Assembly (NCBI GenBank): GCA_965222155.1
Contig: CBDCTH010000012.1
Location: 1,632,001-1,696,000, forward strand
Source: Gammaproteobacteria bacterium
GTDB lineage: Bacteria > Pseudomonadota > Gammaproteobacteria > Eutrophobiales > Eutrophobiaceae
DNA: 64,000 bases
Reading direction: 5' to 3'
A program made the translations under genes and the position numbers. This document shows, in pieces, positions 19,789-29,563 of this stretch. The stretch's first letter is position 1, and every line of letters begins with the position of its first letter. The notes under the pieces were generated by a model. That model worked only from the letters and a program-made list of their open reading frames with translations. It had not been told where the DNA came from and did not search any database.

Positions 19789-20328
19789 ATGTCGCTACGT
19801 CATGCCTTATTGGTATCCTTAAGCAGAAAACAAGGTACGGGTTATGAAATCACCTATGAATTTGACCGGGGGTTGGGGTTTTTCTGGCCGGCCAGTCACC
19901 AGCAAATCTATCAAGAACTCGGTAAAATGGCGACAGAGGGGCTGGTCGCGTTCAAACGGGTACAGCAGACCGATAAACCCCCTAAAAAAATTTACCGTTT
20001 AACCGAGAACGGGAAACAATCCCTGGTTGAATGGCTGGCCTCACCGGTAGACATGCCAGCGGTAAAAGACCCCCTGTTGATCAAACTATTTGCCGGGCAC
20101 CTGATACCAACACAAACACTGCTTGATGAAATTGACCGTCATATCGCTGACAACACTGAAATACTGTCACGATACCGCTCAATAGAGCAACAATATTTCA
20201 GCAACCCCGATGAACTGCCGGTCGCCAGCCAGTTCATGTACCTGACCCTGTTAAGGGGAATCTCGGCAAAAAAAGCGTGGCATACCTGGGCATTGCGAGT
20301 CAGGCGGTTTTTGGAAAACCGACCATAG
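19789..20328 (+). CDS. PadR family transcriptional regulator
   Basis: MSLRHALL...GFFWPASHQQIYQEL...KKIYRLTENG; divergent from the DUF2141 operon. Confidence 0.92.
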   Translation: MSLRHALLVSLSRKQGTGYEITYEFDRGLGFFWPASHQQIYQELGKMATEGLVAFKRVQQTDKPPKKIYRLTENGKQSLVEWLASPVDMPAVKDPLLIKLFAGHLIPTQTLLDEIDRHIADNTEILSRYRSIEQQYFSNPDELPVASQFMYLTLLRGISAKKAWHTWALRVRRFLENRP

Positions 20329-20745
20329 CCCGTATATCTCACCAATTCGCTTGTCATTAGCGGAAAGTTCCTTGCTGTCAATGAGATATCAGGATTATAG
20401 CATTCTGTTGCCATCACCCACTGCGCTGGATGCGCCCTCGCTTGTCTTTTTGATGCGCTCCATCCCTGGAGCGCCCCCTTCGGGCACTCTTCGAGTGTCC
20501 AAATCCATTCCAGATGGATTTGTGTCGCCAGCGGGCACGTGTTCATTGCGCCCATCCCTGGGCGCAACCCTGCGGGCGGCTGTCGCCGTGCAAATTGTCT
20601 ATCCTGACAATTTGTCCCTCAACCAGACAAATCTGCCTGGAGCAGATTTGGACATCCGAAGGATGCCCGCAGGGTGTGCGCCATGGAAGGCGCACATCAA
20701 AAATCCGGCGCGATCATCGCATCCATTGGTGAGATATACGGGCTA
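20326..20745. mobile_element. MITE-like element (420 bp) with perfect 21-bp TIRs, carrying three 74-nt modules
   Basis: TAGCCCGTATATCTCACCAAT at 20326-20346 and its exact reverse complement at 20725-20745. Internal sequence is homologous to 28975-29305 and 53526-53772. Confidence 0.8.
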
Positions 20746-21014
20746 GCAGGTTATTACCTGCCATCCCTGGCGCAGCGTCAATGGTTTCGATAACCCCCAG
20801 CCACAGCCTCCTTGTTGTGTCGTTCGCCGGGGAAAAGACACATTAAGTGTCCTTTTCCGGCTCACCCCTAAACCAGACAAATCTACTGAGAAATAATGGA
20901 ATAGTCTGTCCCGAAGTCAATCCTGAAATGACCGTCGGTGGGGATGGAATGTCCTGTTCCCAACCGGAGCCGCGTCCCAGAGTGTGCGGCCCGTGTAAGC
21001 CACCCACCGGGGTC

Positions 21015-24000
21015 TCAAATCCCCGCACCCCCCAGCCCGTAGCGCAGCCTCAGCATGAGGCCATGGTCCGGCGACTCGAACATACGCTCCCGGCGCGCAC
21101 TCTCCAGACTCAGAGTCAGCGCGCGGCCCAGCTCGAACACCCCGCCCAACCGGTAACGCCGCCCGCCCCCGTCCACTACCAGGCCCCCATAAGGCGTGAG
21201 CAGACCGCCCCCGGTCGCCAGCCCATACCCCAACTCGGTCTCCCACCGCACCCCGCGGGACGGTGACCCAGGCCCACTGCCCCCAACGTCCGCAGCCCCC
21301 TCCCAGAGCCGCTCAACACCACCGGCCCCGGCCTGCCCGGCAGCCAGGCCGTCCACCACGCCCCACCCCGGGCGCACACGGAACGACAGCCCACGCCCGT
21401 CCGGCCCCGGCGTCAGCACCACCAGTCCCCCGACGCCCCATTCCTCGATGTCCCCCGCGTGCGCCAGCAGCGCCCGGCCATAGCCTTCTACCCGCAGCCC
21501 CCGGGCCGGATCAAACCAGACCAGCCCGCCGCCCCACTCCAGCCCGCCGCCGGTCACGCCATCGCCGCCGTCATGGCGCAGCCCCAACGCCACCGAAGGC
21601 GTCACGGTCCCGCCCCCGGCCAGGCGCTGTGCATGCGAGCCCTCCAGCGCCAGGCGCAGCCGCCACACGTCCGTCGCCAGCCCCTCAATCAACCCCGCCG
21701 CCTCCACCTCATAGCGCGAGCCCCACCACGCACCCTTGAGATTCAACACCGTCGCCCCGCCGGCAACCAGACTGTTGCCTGCAAACAGCCGCACCCGACC
21801 GCCCAGCGCCGCCGTGGCCTGCTCGCTGTCCGCGGCCTGCCGGCCGGCCTCAGCGTCCCGGAGCCGCACCTCGCCTACGCCATAACCCAGGGCGCCCCAC
21901 AGACCTAACTCGGCCCGGGGGTGCCAGCCCACGTAGGGGTAGACACTCAGCAGCCGGCTTTCATGGGCGCCCTCTATGGGCCGGTAGCCGGCCGCACCCC
22001 GGTCGGTGTAGTCAAACTCGCCCTTGGCCCAGGACAGCGCCAGACCCGCCAGCAGGTCGTCCCGGAGCCGGGCGTCCAGCCCCAGGCGGGCGCTCAACAC
22101 GGCGCCGTCCCAGTGCATCGGGTCAGCGGCCCCTGCCCGGTCGTCATCCCCCCCGGACAGGCGCCGGTAATCGCCCCCGCCCCACAGGGTGATAGTGTTC
22201 AGCCCCCCGGCGGCGGGGCCCTCGTCCAGGCGCAGGGCAAAGGACGAGCGCCCCAGCACCTCTGCCCAGCGCCCCGCACGCAGGGACTCAGCCTGCCCCC
22301 ACAGCAGCCCCGCCAGAGTCTCGGCCGGTGTGGCTGCGCCCGGCGCCGCATCGGCACTGTCAATGCGCCGCTCTACGGCGTCCAGGGTACCGGCCACCAG
22401 GGCCCGGGACAATGCCGGCAGAATGGCCCGGTTGACCCGCTTAAGCCGCGCCCGGGCCACTGCCTCGGTCTCACCGGATACCGCCAGGACTACCTTTGTG
22501 CTGACACTCAGGCCCGCCGTGTCGCTGGCCACGACCGTAAAGGGGTAGGCCGGGTGGGTCTCACGGTCCAGCACAACACCCTGCCTGAGAGACAGGGCGT
22601 GGCCGGCCACCTCGAACACCGCCGCCTGCTCACCCTCCAGGGTGAAGCGGTGTTGGTCCCCGGCGTCCGGATCAGTGGCGGACAGCGTTGCCACCTGCAC
22701 CGGGCCGGCGCGGGTGTCGAGGTTCTCGGCGATAGCGCCGTCCGTGACCGGGGCTACCCAGGTGACAATCACTTCGGTCGGTGCCTCGTTGGCATCGGTC
22801 ACGGCAAGGGTCTGCGCAGCGCCGGTGACGCTGAGGCCGCCGCCATCCGTTGCAGTGAGCGTGAAGCCATAGCTTGACTGTGTCTCGTAATCCAGCCCCA
22901 CACCCTGCTTCAGGTAGAGCGCGGCGCCGGTAATCTCGAAGATGTCCGCGCCACTGAGGCTGAAGACGTGGCTGTCGTCGGCATCGGGGTCGACCGCGGA
23001 CAGCTCGGCCAGCTGCACCGGCCCGGCACTTGTGTCCACGTCCTCAGCGATGGCGCCGTCCGTGGCCGGGGGCACCCAGGTGACAATCACTTCGGTCGGC
23101 GCCTCGTTGGCATCGGTCACGGCAAGGGTCTGCTCAGTACCGGTGACGCTGAGACCACCGCTGTCGGTCGCAGTGAGCGTGAAACCATAGCTTGACTGTG
23201 TCTCGTAATCCAGCCCCACACCCTGCTTCAGGTAGAGCGCGGCGCCGGTAATCTCGAAGAGTGTCGTATCACTGAGGCTGAAGACGTGACTGTCGTCGGC
23301 ATCGGGGTCGACCGCGGACAGGTCGGCCAGATGCACCGGCCCGGCGCTCGTGTCCACGTCCTCGGTGATGGCGCCGTCCGTGGCCGGAGGCACCCAGGTG
23401 ACAATCACTTCGGTCGGCGCCTCGTTGGCATCGGTGACGGCAAGGGTCTGCGCAGCGCCGGTGACGCTGAGACCGCCACCATCCGTTGCAGTGAGTGTGA
23501 CGCCATGGCGTGGCTGCGTCTCGTAATCCAGTATCACACCCTGCTTCAGGTAGAGCGCCGTGCCGGTAATCTCGAAGAGTGTCGTATCACTGAGGCTGAA
23601 GACATGACTGTCGTCGGCATCCGGGTCGACCGCGGACAGCTCGGCCAACTGCACCGGCCCGGCGCTCGTGTCCACGTCCTCGGCAATGGCGCCGTCCGTG
23701 ACCGGGGGCACCCAGGTGACAATCACTTCGGTCGGCGCCTCGTTGGCATCGGTCACGGCAAGGGTCTGCTCAGTACCGGTGACGCTGAGACCACCGCTGT
23801 CGGTCGCAGTGAGTGTGACGCCATGGCGTGGTTGCGTCTCGTAATCCAGTATCACACCCTGCTTCAGGTAGAGCACCGCGCCGGTAATCTCGAAGAGGGC
23901 CGTATCACTGACGCTGAAGGTATGGCGACTGTCGTCCGGGTCGACCGCGGACAGCTCGGCCAGCTTCACCGGCCCGGCGTTTGTGTCCACGTCCTCGGCG

Positions 24001-27000
24001 ATGGCGCCGTCCGTGACCGGGGGCACCCAGGCGATAATCACTTCGGTGGGCGCCTCGTTGGCATCGGTCACGGCAAGGGTCTGCTCAGTGCCGGTGACGC
24101 TGAGACCGCCGCCATCCGTTGCAGTGAGGGTGACGCCATGGCGTGGCTGCGTCTCATAATCCAGCCCTACGCCCTGCTTCAGGTAGAGCGCGGCGCCGGT
24201 AATCTCGAAAATGTCCGCACCGCGGACGCTGAAGGTATGGTGACTGTCGTCCGGGTCGGTGGCGGACAGGTTCGCCAGCTTCACCGGCCCGGCGCGTGTG
24301 TCCACGTCCTCGGCGATGGCGCCGTCCGTGACCGGGGGCACCCAGGCGATAATCACTTCGGTGGGCGCCTCGTTGGCATCGGTCACGGCAAGGGTCTGCT
24401 CAGTGCCGGTGACGCTGAGACCGCCGCCATCCGTTGCAGTGAGGGTGAAGCCATGGCGTGGCTGCGTCTCGTAATCCAGTATCACACCCTGCTTCAGGTA
24501 GAGCACCGCGCCGGTAATCTCGAAGACAGTCGTATCACTGAGGCTGAAAACGTGACTGTCGTCGGCATCGGGGTCGACCGCGGACAGCTCGGCCAGCTTC
24601 ACCGGCCCGGCGTTTGTGTCCACGTCCTCGGCGATGGCGCCGTCCGTGACCGGGGGCACCCAGGCGATAATCACTTCGGTGGGCGCCTCGTTGGCATCGG
24701 TCACGGCAAGGGTCTGCTCAGTGCCGGTGACGCTGAGACCGCCGCCATCCGTTGCAGTGAGGGTGAAGCCATGGCGTGGCTGCGTCTCATAATCCAGCCC
24801 TACGCCCTGCTTCAGGTAGAGCGCGGCGCCGGTAATCTCGAAAATGTCCGCACCGCGGACGCTGAAGGTATGGTGACTGTCGTCCGGGTCGGTGGCGGAC
24901 AGGTTCGCCAGCTTCACCGGCCCGGCGCTCGTGTCCACGTCCTCGGCCATGGCGCCGTCCGTGGCCGGGGGGACCCAACTGACAATTACCCCGGTCGGCG
25001 CAGCATTGACGGGCTCAGGGGGAGTAACAGGGGCCGGGGGTTTGACTGTGAGCCTGATCGTGACGGTCTTGGGCTCGCTGCTGAGGCCACTCTCGCTGTT
25101 GGCGGCAATCAGGGTGTAGACGGTGCCCACACGGGTCTCGACCTTCAGCTGGCTGCCAGCGGGTAGTTTATCGCCCGGATCGATGAGGACGTTGTCCTGG
25201 TTATCGCGCAGAGACAGCACGTCCGTGTTCTTGCTCACCGTCCAACTCAGGGTCGACTTGCCGTCCTTGAGCGGCGTGGCCTCGAAGCGGATGATGTCAG
25301 GCGCACCGACAGTGGCCGTGGCGCTAGCCGACCAGGTGCTTAGTCCCTGAGCGTTCACGGCCTGCACCTGCACCTGGTAGGGCTGGCCGTTATCCAGACT
25401 CGTGATAGTGGTACTGGTACCCGTGCCGGTGAAGGGGTGGTCGGTCCATGAGTTGCCCGCATCGGCACTGTAGCGGACGTTGTAGCCCGTGATGGCCGAG
25501 CCGCCGTTGCTGCCGGGCGCTTTCCATGACACCTCAAGCTGACCGTTGCCGGGGGTGAGGGTCGGGGCCGCGGGCGCAGCAGGAGGGCCGACAGGGGTTG
25601 GGGGCACGACCGGCTCCGGCTCCGGTTCCCTGATCGTGACGGTGGCCGGCTCACTCTCCAGGAGGCTGTCGCCGTTGTAGGCGACAAGGGTGTAAACCGC
25701 GCCCGCGCGGGTCTCGACCTCCAACTCGTTGTCGGCGGGCAGCCCGTCGCCCCCCGGGTCGATCAGGACGTTGCCCTGGCCGTCGGCCAGACTCAGCACA
25801 TCCGTGTTGTCGCTCACCGTCCAGCTCAGGGTCGACTTGCCGTCCTTCAGCGGCGTGGCCTCGAAACGGATGATTTCCGGCGCCTTGTAGGGGAGGCTGG
25901 CCGCAGCTTCCTCCGACTCGGTGCCGGGGCCGTCGCCGTTCACCGCCCTGATCTGGAATACATAGGCCCTACCGTTGACGAGGTTCATTACCTTGTAGGT
26001 TGTGGTGGAGGGAGCGCTGCCCGGCATGTCGACCCAGGGCCCCCAGCCAGCGCCGCCACTGTACGGGGAGCGTCGGTACTGCCACTTGATGATGGAACCA
26101 TCGCTCGGGTCGCTCCACGACAAGGACACTTCCGCGTCGCTGGCGCTGGCGCTGAAGCCCGTGGGCTTGGCCGGGGCCGAGACCGAGACCGGCGTGGCCC
26201 GGACAATGTCCGACTCGGCGCCGGGGCCGTAGCGGTTCTTCGCCCTGACCCAAAAACCATATTCTGCGCCGTTTTCGAGGTTCTCCACCGTATCGGTCGT
26301 AGTTAAGGCATCGCTGTTCGGTATATCGACCCAGCTCTCCTGTTCGCCACCGGCTTTCCCCTTGCGCACCTGCCACCCGGTGATGGTGGCATCGCCCAGG
26401 TCGTCCCACGACAGGATGACCTCGCCGTCTCCGGGCTGCGCCCGCAAACCCGTGGGCCGGGCCGGGGCGCTGCCCTGAACCGGCGTGCCGGTGACTTCCG
26501 AATTATCACCGTTACCGTGAGCGTTCACGGCCCTGACACGAAAGGCATAGTCCACGCCGTTGTTGAGGTTCTCCACCCTATAGGTCGTAGTTGAGGCAAC
26601 AACGCTGTTCGGTATATCGACCCAATTATCCCAATCACCATTGACTGCCCCCTTGCGATACTGCCACTTGGTGATGGAAGTATCGCTTGGGTTATCCCAC
26701 GACAGGGTAACTTCGCCGTCTCCGGGCGCCGCCCGCAAACCCGTGGGCCGGGCCGGCGCATCAGCCGAAACCGGTTCAGTGAAGACGATAATCGAAGGCC
26801 TCCCGGGGCCGTGGATGTTGACCGCCCGCACCCGGAAAATATACTCCATACCGTTCTGGAGGCCGCTTATCCTGAAGGTCATGGTCTGATAAGAGCTGTC
26901 CGGCACGTCGGCCCAGTTCTCCCATTGGATGGTGCCTTGCTCCGTCGGCGTACCGCGCCGGTATTGCCAGTTGGTGATCGAGGGGTCGTTCACGGCGCTC

Positions 27001-28580
27001 CAGGACAGGACGACCAGACCGTCGCCGGCCACGGCGCTGAAGTCCAATGGCTCGGCCGGGGCCGAGGACGCGACAGGGGTGGCGGAAACGTCGGGCGAAT
27101 GCTGGCCGGCGCCGTGGCTGTTCACCGCCCTGACATGAAAGCTGTGCTCCACGCCGTTGTCGAGGCCGGTCACGCTGTGCGTCGTGGTTAAAGCGACGCT
27201 GACCGGTATGTTGACCCACCCCCCCCAAACGCCGTGGGTTACCCCCTGCCGGTACTGCCACCGGGTAATGGAGGGGTCGCCCGGGTTGTCCCACGACAAC
27301 CTGACCTCAGTATCGCCCGGCGTGGCGCTGACACCGGTGGGCTGAGCCGGCGCCAGGGCCGAGATCGGCGTGGCGAACACCCTCGCTGCCGTACTCTCGC
27401 CGTCTGCGTTCACCGCCCTGATCTCGAAGACATATATTCGATCGTTGGTCAGGCCGGTTATCGTGTACGATGAATTGGCGGCGTCGCCTGGCGGTATGGC
27501 TTGCCAACTTCCGAAAGACTGGCCGGCTTCGGCCCTCCGCATCTGCCACTCGGTAATGGTGGCGTCGCCCGGGTCGTCCCACGACAATAGAACCTGGGCG
27601 TCGCCCGGCGTGGCGCTGAAACCGGTGGGCTCGGCCGGCGCCGAGGGCGAGACCGGCGTAGCCCGCACGGTGTTCGACTTGGCGCCGAAGCCGTGGGCGT
27701 TCACCGCCCTGACCTGGAAGTAATAGGGCGTACCGTTGGGGAAGCCCGTAAGCCCGACGCCTGTCCAATCGTTGCCGGGTAAATCTATCCAGGCCTGCCA
27801 TGTGCTGCCGGCGCGATATCGGATCTGCCACTTGGTGATGGTGGCATCGCCCGGGTTGTCCCAGGACAGGGTAACTTCGCCGTCTCCGGGCGTCACTCGA
27901 AAACTCGTGGGCCGGGCCGGCGCCAAGGGCGAGTGCGGCCCCTGGAAGACTGTCGAATAGTTGCCGGGGCCGTGGGTGTTGAACGCCCGCACCCGGAAAG
28001 CATAATCCTTTGTATTGTCGAGGCCCCCTACCCTGTGGCTCGTGGTGGCGGCGCCGCTGGGCACGATATCGGTCCAACTTCCCCAAGCCTCACTCGATAC
28101 TCCCATGCGGAACTGCCACTTGGTGATGGTGGTATCGCCCGGGTTATCCCAGGACAGGGTAACTTCGCCGTCTCCGGGCGCCGCCCGCAAACCCGTGGGC
28201 CGGGCCGGCGCCCGGACCGAGATCGGCGTGGCGAAAACCATCGCTGCTGTACTCTCGCCGTCTACGTTCACCGCCCTGATCTCGAAGGCGTATCGTTGAC
28301 CGTTGGTCAGGCCCGTCACCGTGTACGATGAATTGGCGGCGTCGCTTGATGGTATGGTTTGCCAATTTTCCCAAACTCCACCGACTGCCGCCTTCCGGAC
28401 CTGCCATTCGGTAATGGAGGGGTCGCTCGGGTCTTGCCATGACAGGACAACCTCGGCGTCCCCGAGCGCCGCCTGTAAACCCGTGGGCTGGGCCGGAACG
28501 GCGGCATCCGCTATTCCCGGCGCCATCAGCAACCACGCGAAGAGAAGCGCAAGCGCCTGACCGCAAACCCGCGATCTCAT
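21015..28580 (-). CDS. Giant autotransporter adhesin: 10 FN3, 2 Ig-like repeats, 8 cadherin domains, C-terminal beta-barrel
   Basis: Signal peptide; P..PTG....GD.EV.LSW...Y.F.VRAVN repeats; DPD/LDYE/NEAP cadherin motifs; barrel region with WGGGDYRRL and ELGYG. Visibly more GC-rich than its flanks. Confidence 0.9.
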   Translation of the reverse strand: MRSRVCGQALALLFAWLLMAPGIADAAVPAQPTGLQAALGDAEVVLSWQDPSDPSITEWQVRKAAVGGVWENWQTIPSSDAANSSYTVTGLTNGQRYAFEIRAVNVDGESTAAMVFATPISVRAPARPTGLRAAPGDGEVTLSWDNPGDTTITKWQFRMGVSSEAWGSWTDIVPSGAATTSHRVGGLDNTKDYAFRVRAFNTHGPGNYSTVFQGPHSPLAPARPTSFRVTPGDGEVTLSWDNPGDATITKWQIRYRAGSTWQAWIDLPGNDWTGVGLTGFPNGTPYYFQVRAVNAHGFGAKSNTVRATPVSPSAPAEPTGFSATPGDAQVLLSWDDPGDATITEWQMRRAEAGQSFGSWQAIPPGDAANSSYTITGLTNDRIYVFEIRAVNADGESTAARVFATPISALAPAQPTGVSATPGDTEVRLSWDNPGDPSITRWQYRQGVTHGVWGGWVNIPVSVALTTTHSVTGLDNGVEHSFHVRAVNSHGAGQHSPDVSATPVASSAPAEPLDFSAVAGDGLVVLSWSAVNDPSITNWQYRRGTPTEQGTIQWENWADVPDSSYQTMTFRISGLQNGMEYIFRVRAVNIHGPGRPSIIVFTEPVSADAPARPTGLRAAPGDGEVTLSWDNPSDTSITKWQYRKGAVNGDWDNWVDIPNSVVASTTTYRVENLNNGVDYAFRVRAVNAHGNGDNSEVTGTPVQGSAPARPTGLRAQPGDGEVILSWDDLGDATITGWQVRKGKAGGEQESWVDIPNSDALTTTDTVENLENGAEYGFWVRAKNRYGPGAESDIVRATPVSVSAPAKPTGFSASASDAEVSLSWSDPSDGSIIKWQYRRSPYSGGAGWGPWVDMPGSAPSTTTYKVMNLVNGRAYVFQIRAVNGDGPGTESEEAAASLPYKAPEIIRFEATPLKDGKSTLSWTVSDNTDVLSLADGQGNVLIDPGGDGLPADNELEVETRAGAVYTLVAYNGDSLLESEPATVTIREPEPEPVVPPTPVGPPAAPAAPTLTPGNGQLEVSWKAPGSNGGSAITGYNVRYSADAGNSWTDHPFTGTGTSTTITSLDNGQPYQVQVQAVNAQGLSTWSASATATVGAPDIIRFEATPLKDGKSTLSWTVSKNTDVLSLRDNQDNVLIDPGDKLPAGSQLKVETRVGTVYTLIAANSESGLSSEPKTVTIRLTVKPPAPVTPPEPVNAAPTGVIVSWVPPATDGAMAEDVDTSAGPVKLANLSATDPDDSHHTFSVRGADIFEITGAALYLKQGVGLDYETQPRHGFTLTATDGGGLSVTGTEQTLAVTDANEAPTEVIIAWVPPVTDGAIAEDVDTNAGPVKLAELSAVDPDADDSHVFSLSDTTVFEITGAVLYLKQGVILDYETQPRHGFTLTATDGGGLSVTGTEQTLAVTDANEAPTEVIIAWVPPVTDGAIAEDVDTRAGPVKLANLSATDPDDSHHTFSVRGADIFEITGAALYLKQGVGLDYETQPRHGVTLTATDGGGLSVTGTEQTLAVTDANEAPTEVIIAWVPPVTDGAIAEDVDTNAGPVKLAELSAVDPDDSRHTFSVSDTALFEITGAVLYLKQGVILDYETQPRHGVTLTATDSGGLSVTGTEQTLAVTDANEAPTEVIVTWVPPVTDGAIAEDVDTSAGPVQLAELSAVDPDADDSHVFSLSDTTLFEITGTALYLKQGVILDYETQPRHGVTLTATDGGGLSVTGAAQTLAVTDANEAPTEVIVTWVPPATDGAITEDVDTSAGPVHLADLSAVDPDADDSHVFSLSDTTLFEITGAALYLKQGVGLDYETQSSYGFTLTATDSGGLSVTGTEQTLAVTDANEAPTEVIVTWVPPATDGAIAEDVDTSAGPVQLAELSAVDPDADDSHVFSLSGADIFEITGAALYLKQGVGLDYETQSSYGFTLTATDGGGLSVTGAAQTLAVTDANEAPTEVIVTWVAPVTDGAIAENLDTRAGPVQVATLSATDPDAGDQHRFTLEGEQAAVFEVAGHALSLRQGVVLDRETHPAYPFTVVASDTAGLSVSTKVVLAVSGETEAVARARLKRVNRAILPALSRALVAGTLDAVERRIDSADAAPGAATPAETLAGLLWGQAESLRAGRWAEVLGRSSFALRLDEGPAAGGLNTITLWGGGDYRRLSGGDDDRAGAADPMHWDGAVLSARLGLDARLRDDLLAGLALSWAKGEFDYTDRGAAGYRPIEGAHESRLLSVYPYVGWHPRAELGLWGALGYGVGEVRLRDAEAGRQAADSEQATAALGGRVRLFAGNSLVAGGATVLNLKGAWWGSRYEVEAAGLIEGLATDVWRLRLALEGSHAQRLAGGGTVTPSVALGLRHDGGDGVTGGGLEWGGGLVWFDPARGLRVEGYGRALLAHAGDIEEWGVGGLVVLTPGPDGRGLSFRVRPGWGVVDGLAAGQAGAGGVERLWEGAADVGGSGPGSPSRGVRWETELGYGLATGGGLLTPYGGLVVDGGGRRYRLGGVFELGRALTLSLESARRERMFESPDHGLMLRLRYGLGGAGI
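22470..25007 (-). repeat. Intragenic tandem array of eight 315-318 bp cadherin-coding repeats
   Basis: Seven near-identical 105-106 aa units plus one divergent unit. Confidence 0.9.
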
Positions 28581-28783
28581 TGGGGGGGGGGGGGGGGGGG
28601 GGTGAAAGAGGATTGACGCGGGAATCCGCGCAGCCGACGCGTCAGCGAGTCAGCACTGGCGCGGGTGGAGTTGGCCACTCCGAACCCTCCTCCGTAACAA
28701 AGGTCGCTACACGCCAAGCGACCGGTTATGTGCATTGCGATCCATCGGTTAATCATGGTTGCGAACGTTACCTGTTGCTTCAT
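28577..28783 (-). CDS. Upstream ORF, probably the out-of-frame N-terminal extension of the adhesin
   Basis: 68 aa ending TPPPPPPQ. Its TGA overlaps the adhesin ATG (ATGA). Confidence 0.5.
   Translation of the reverse strand: MKQQVTFATMINRWIAMHITGRLACSDLCYGGGFGVANSTRASADSLTRRLRGFPRQSSFTPPPPPPQ
28582..28602 (-). repeat. Homopolymer G21 (C21 on the coding strand), probable contingency tract
   Basis: Counted directly. It lies 1 nt upstream of the adhesin ATG and inside ORF 28577-28783. Confidence 0.85.
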
Positions 28784-28864
28784 ACCCTGTCAACCCCGGT
28801 TGTCCGGGTTCTGTTGTCCGGGTTCCAGGTGCTCCCGCTAAATCGAGGTCAATACAGAAGACGG

Positions 28865-28890
28865 GGGGGACAGATTTAAATCTGTCCCCC
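28865..28890. repeat. Perfect palindrome GGGGACAGATTTAAATCTGTCCCC (REP-like); second copy at 40575-40598
   Basis: Seen directly at both loci. Confidence 0.8.
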
Positions 28891-28974
28891 AGGAGTCACG
28901 GGGCCTGTTTCCCTGGGAGGGAGGGCGTCTCGCCCTCCACGAGGGCAGGATGCCCTCGAGCCCGGGAGTTAGCG

Positions 28975-29305
28975 GGAGCACGTGCCCGCTGGCGGCACAA
29001 ATCCATCTGGAATGGATTTGGACACTCGAAGAGTGCCCGAAGGGGGCGCTCCAAAGCCTGCCCCCCTGCTTACAACCGCAGGGGGGCAGGCTCTGTATGG
29101 AGTTGAGCAGGGGGATGGAGCGCATCAAAAAGACAAGCGAGACAAATCGGCAGGATAGCCGATTTGCACGGCAACAGCCGCCCGCAGGGTTGCGTACATG
29201 GATGTGCGCAATGAACGCATCAAGCGCAGTATATAATAGCAACAAAGTGATATTATCCTGATACTCGTTGACAGCAAAGAGTTTTCCGCTAACGGCAAGC
29301 GAAAC
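28975..29305 (+). mobile_element. Truncated copy of the MITE family (no TIRs) with two 74-nt modules
   Basis: Shares GCACGTGCCCGCTGGCGGC, AAAAAGACAAGCGAG, CGCATCAAGCGCAGT and TTGACAGCAA...TTTCCGCTAA with the other copies. Confidence 0.75.
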
Positions 29306-29563
29306 GAACGGATCGATCTGCTTGCCCTTGGCTGGCTCGGTGATGACAGCCGCCTCTCTCATTACCACCGGCGCCTCGATCACCACGACGCTGACTGGCA
29401 ACGATACTTCGAGCACGCCGGTAAGATGATCGACTCATATACCGACCATCGCTACGAGATCGGCCTTGCTGCCCACTGGTAGGCTGGGCTTGGTTGTTTG
29501 GAAGTCAGCCGCCGGGCTTTGTCGTAAGGTAAAACTTTCTATTCAAACGTTGCGCGCATTCTA

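Noticed and set aside
6310-20328. Integron cassette array
   Set aside because: Genes lie in mixed orientations, I saw no recurring attC-like sites, and there is no intI.
20139-20746. ORFs within the MITE, and 28759-29416, as transposases
   Set aside because: No DDE or HUH motifs; they are translations of palindromic repeat DNA.
21921-25166. Long plus-strand ORFs (318 and 626 aa) opposite the adhesin
   Set aside because: Antisense shadows caused by high GC and the tandem repeats.
29306-29482. Coding-like fragment ERIDLLALGWLG...YEIGLAAHW
   Set aside because: Possibly a gene tail cut by the MITE, but it has no start and no family I can support.
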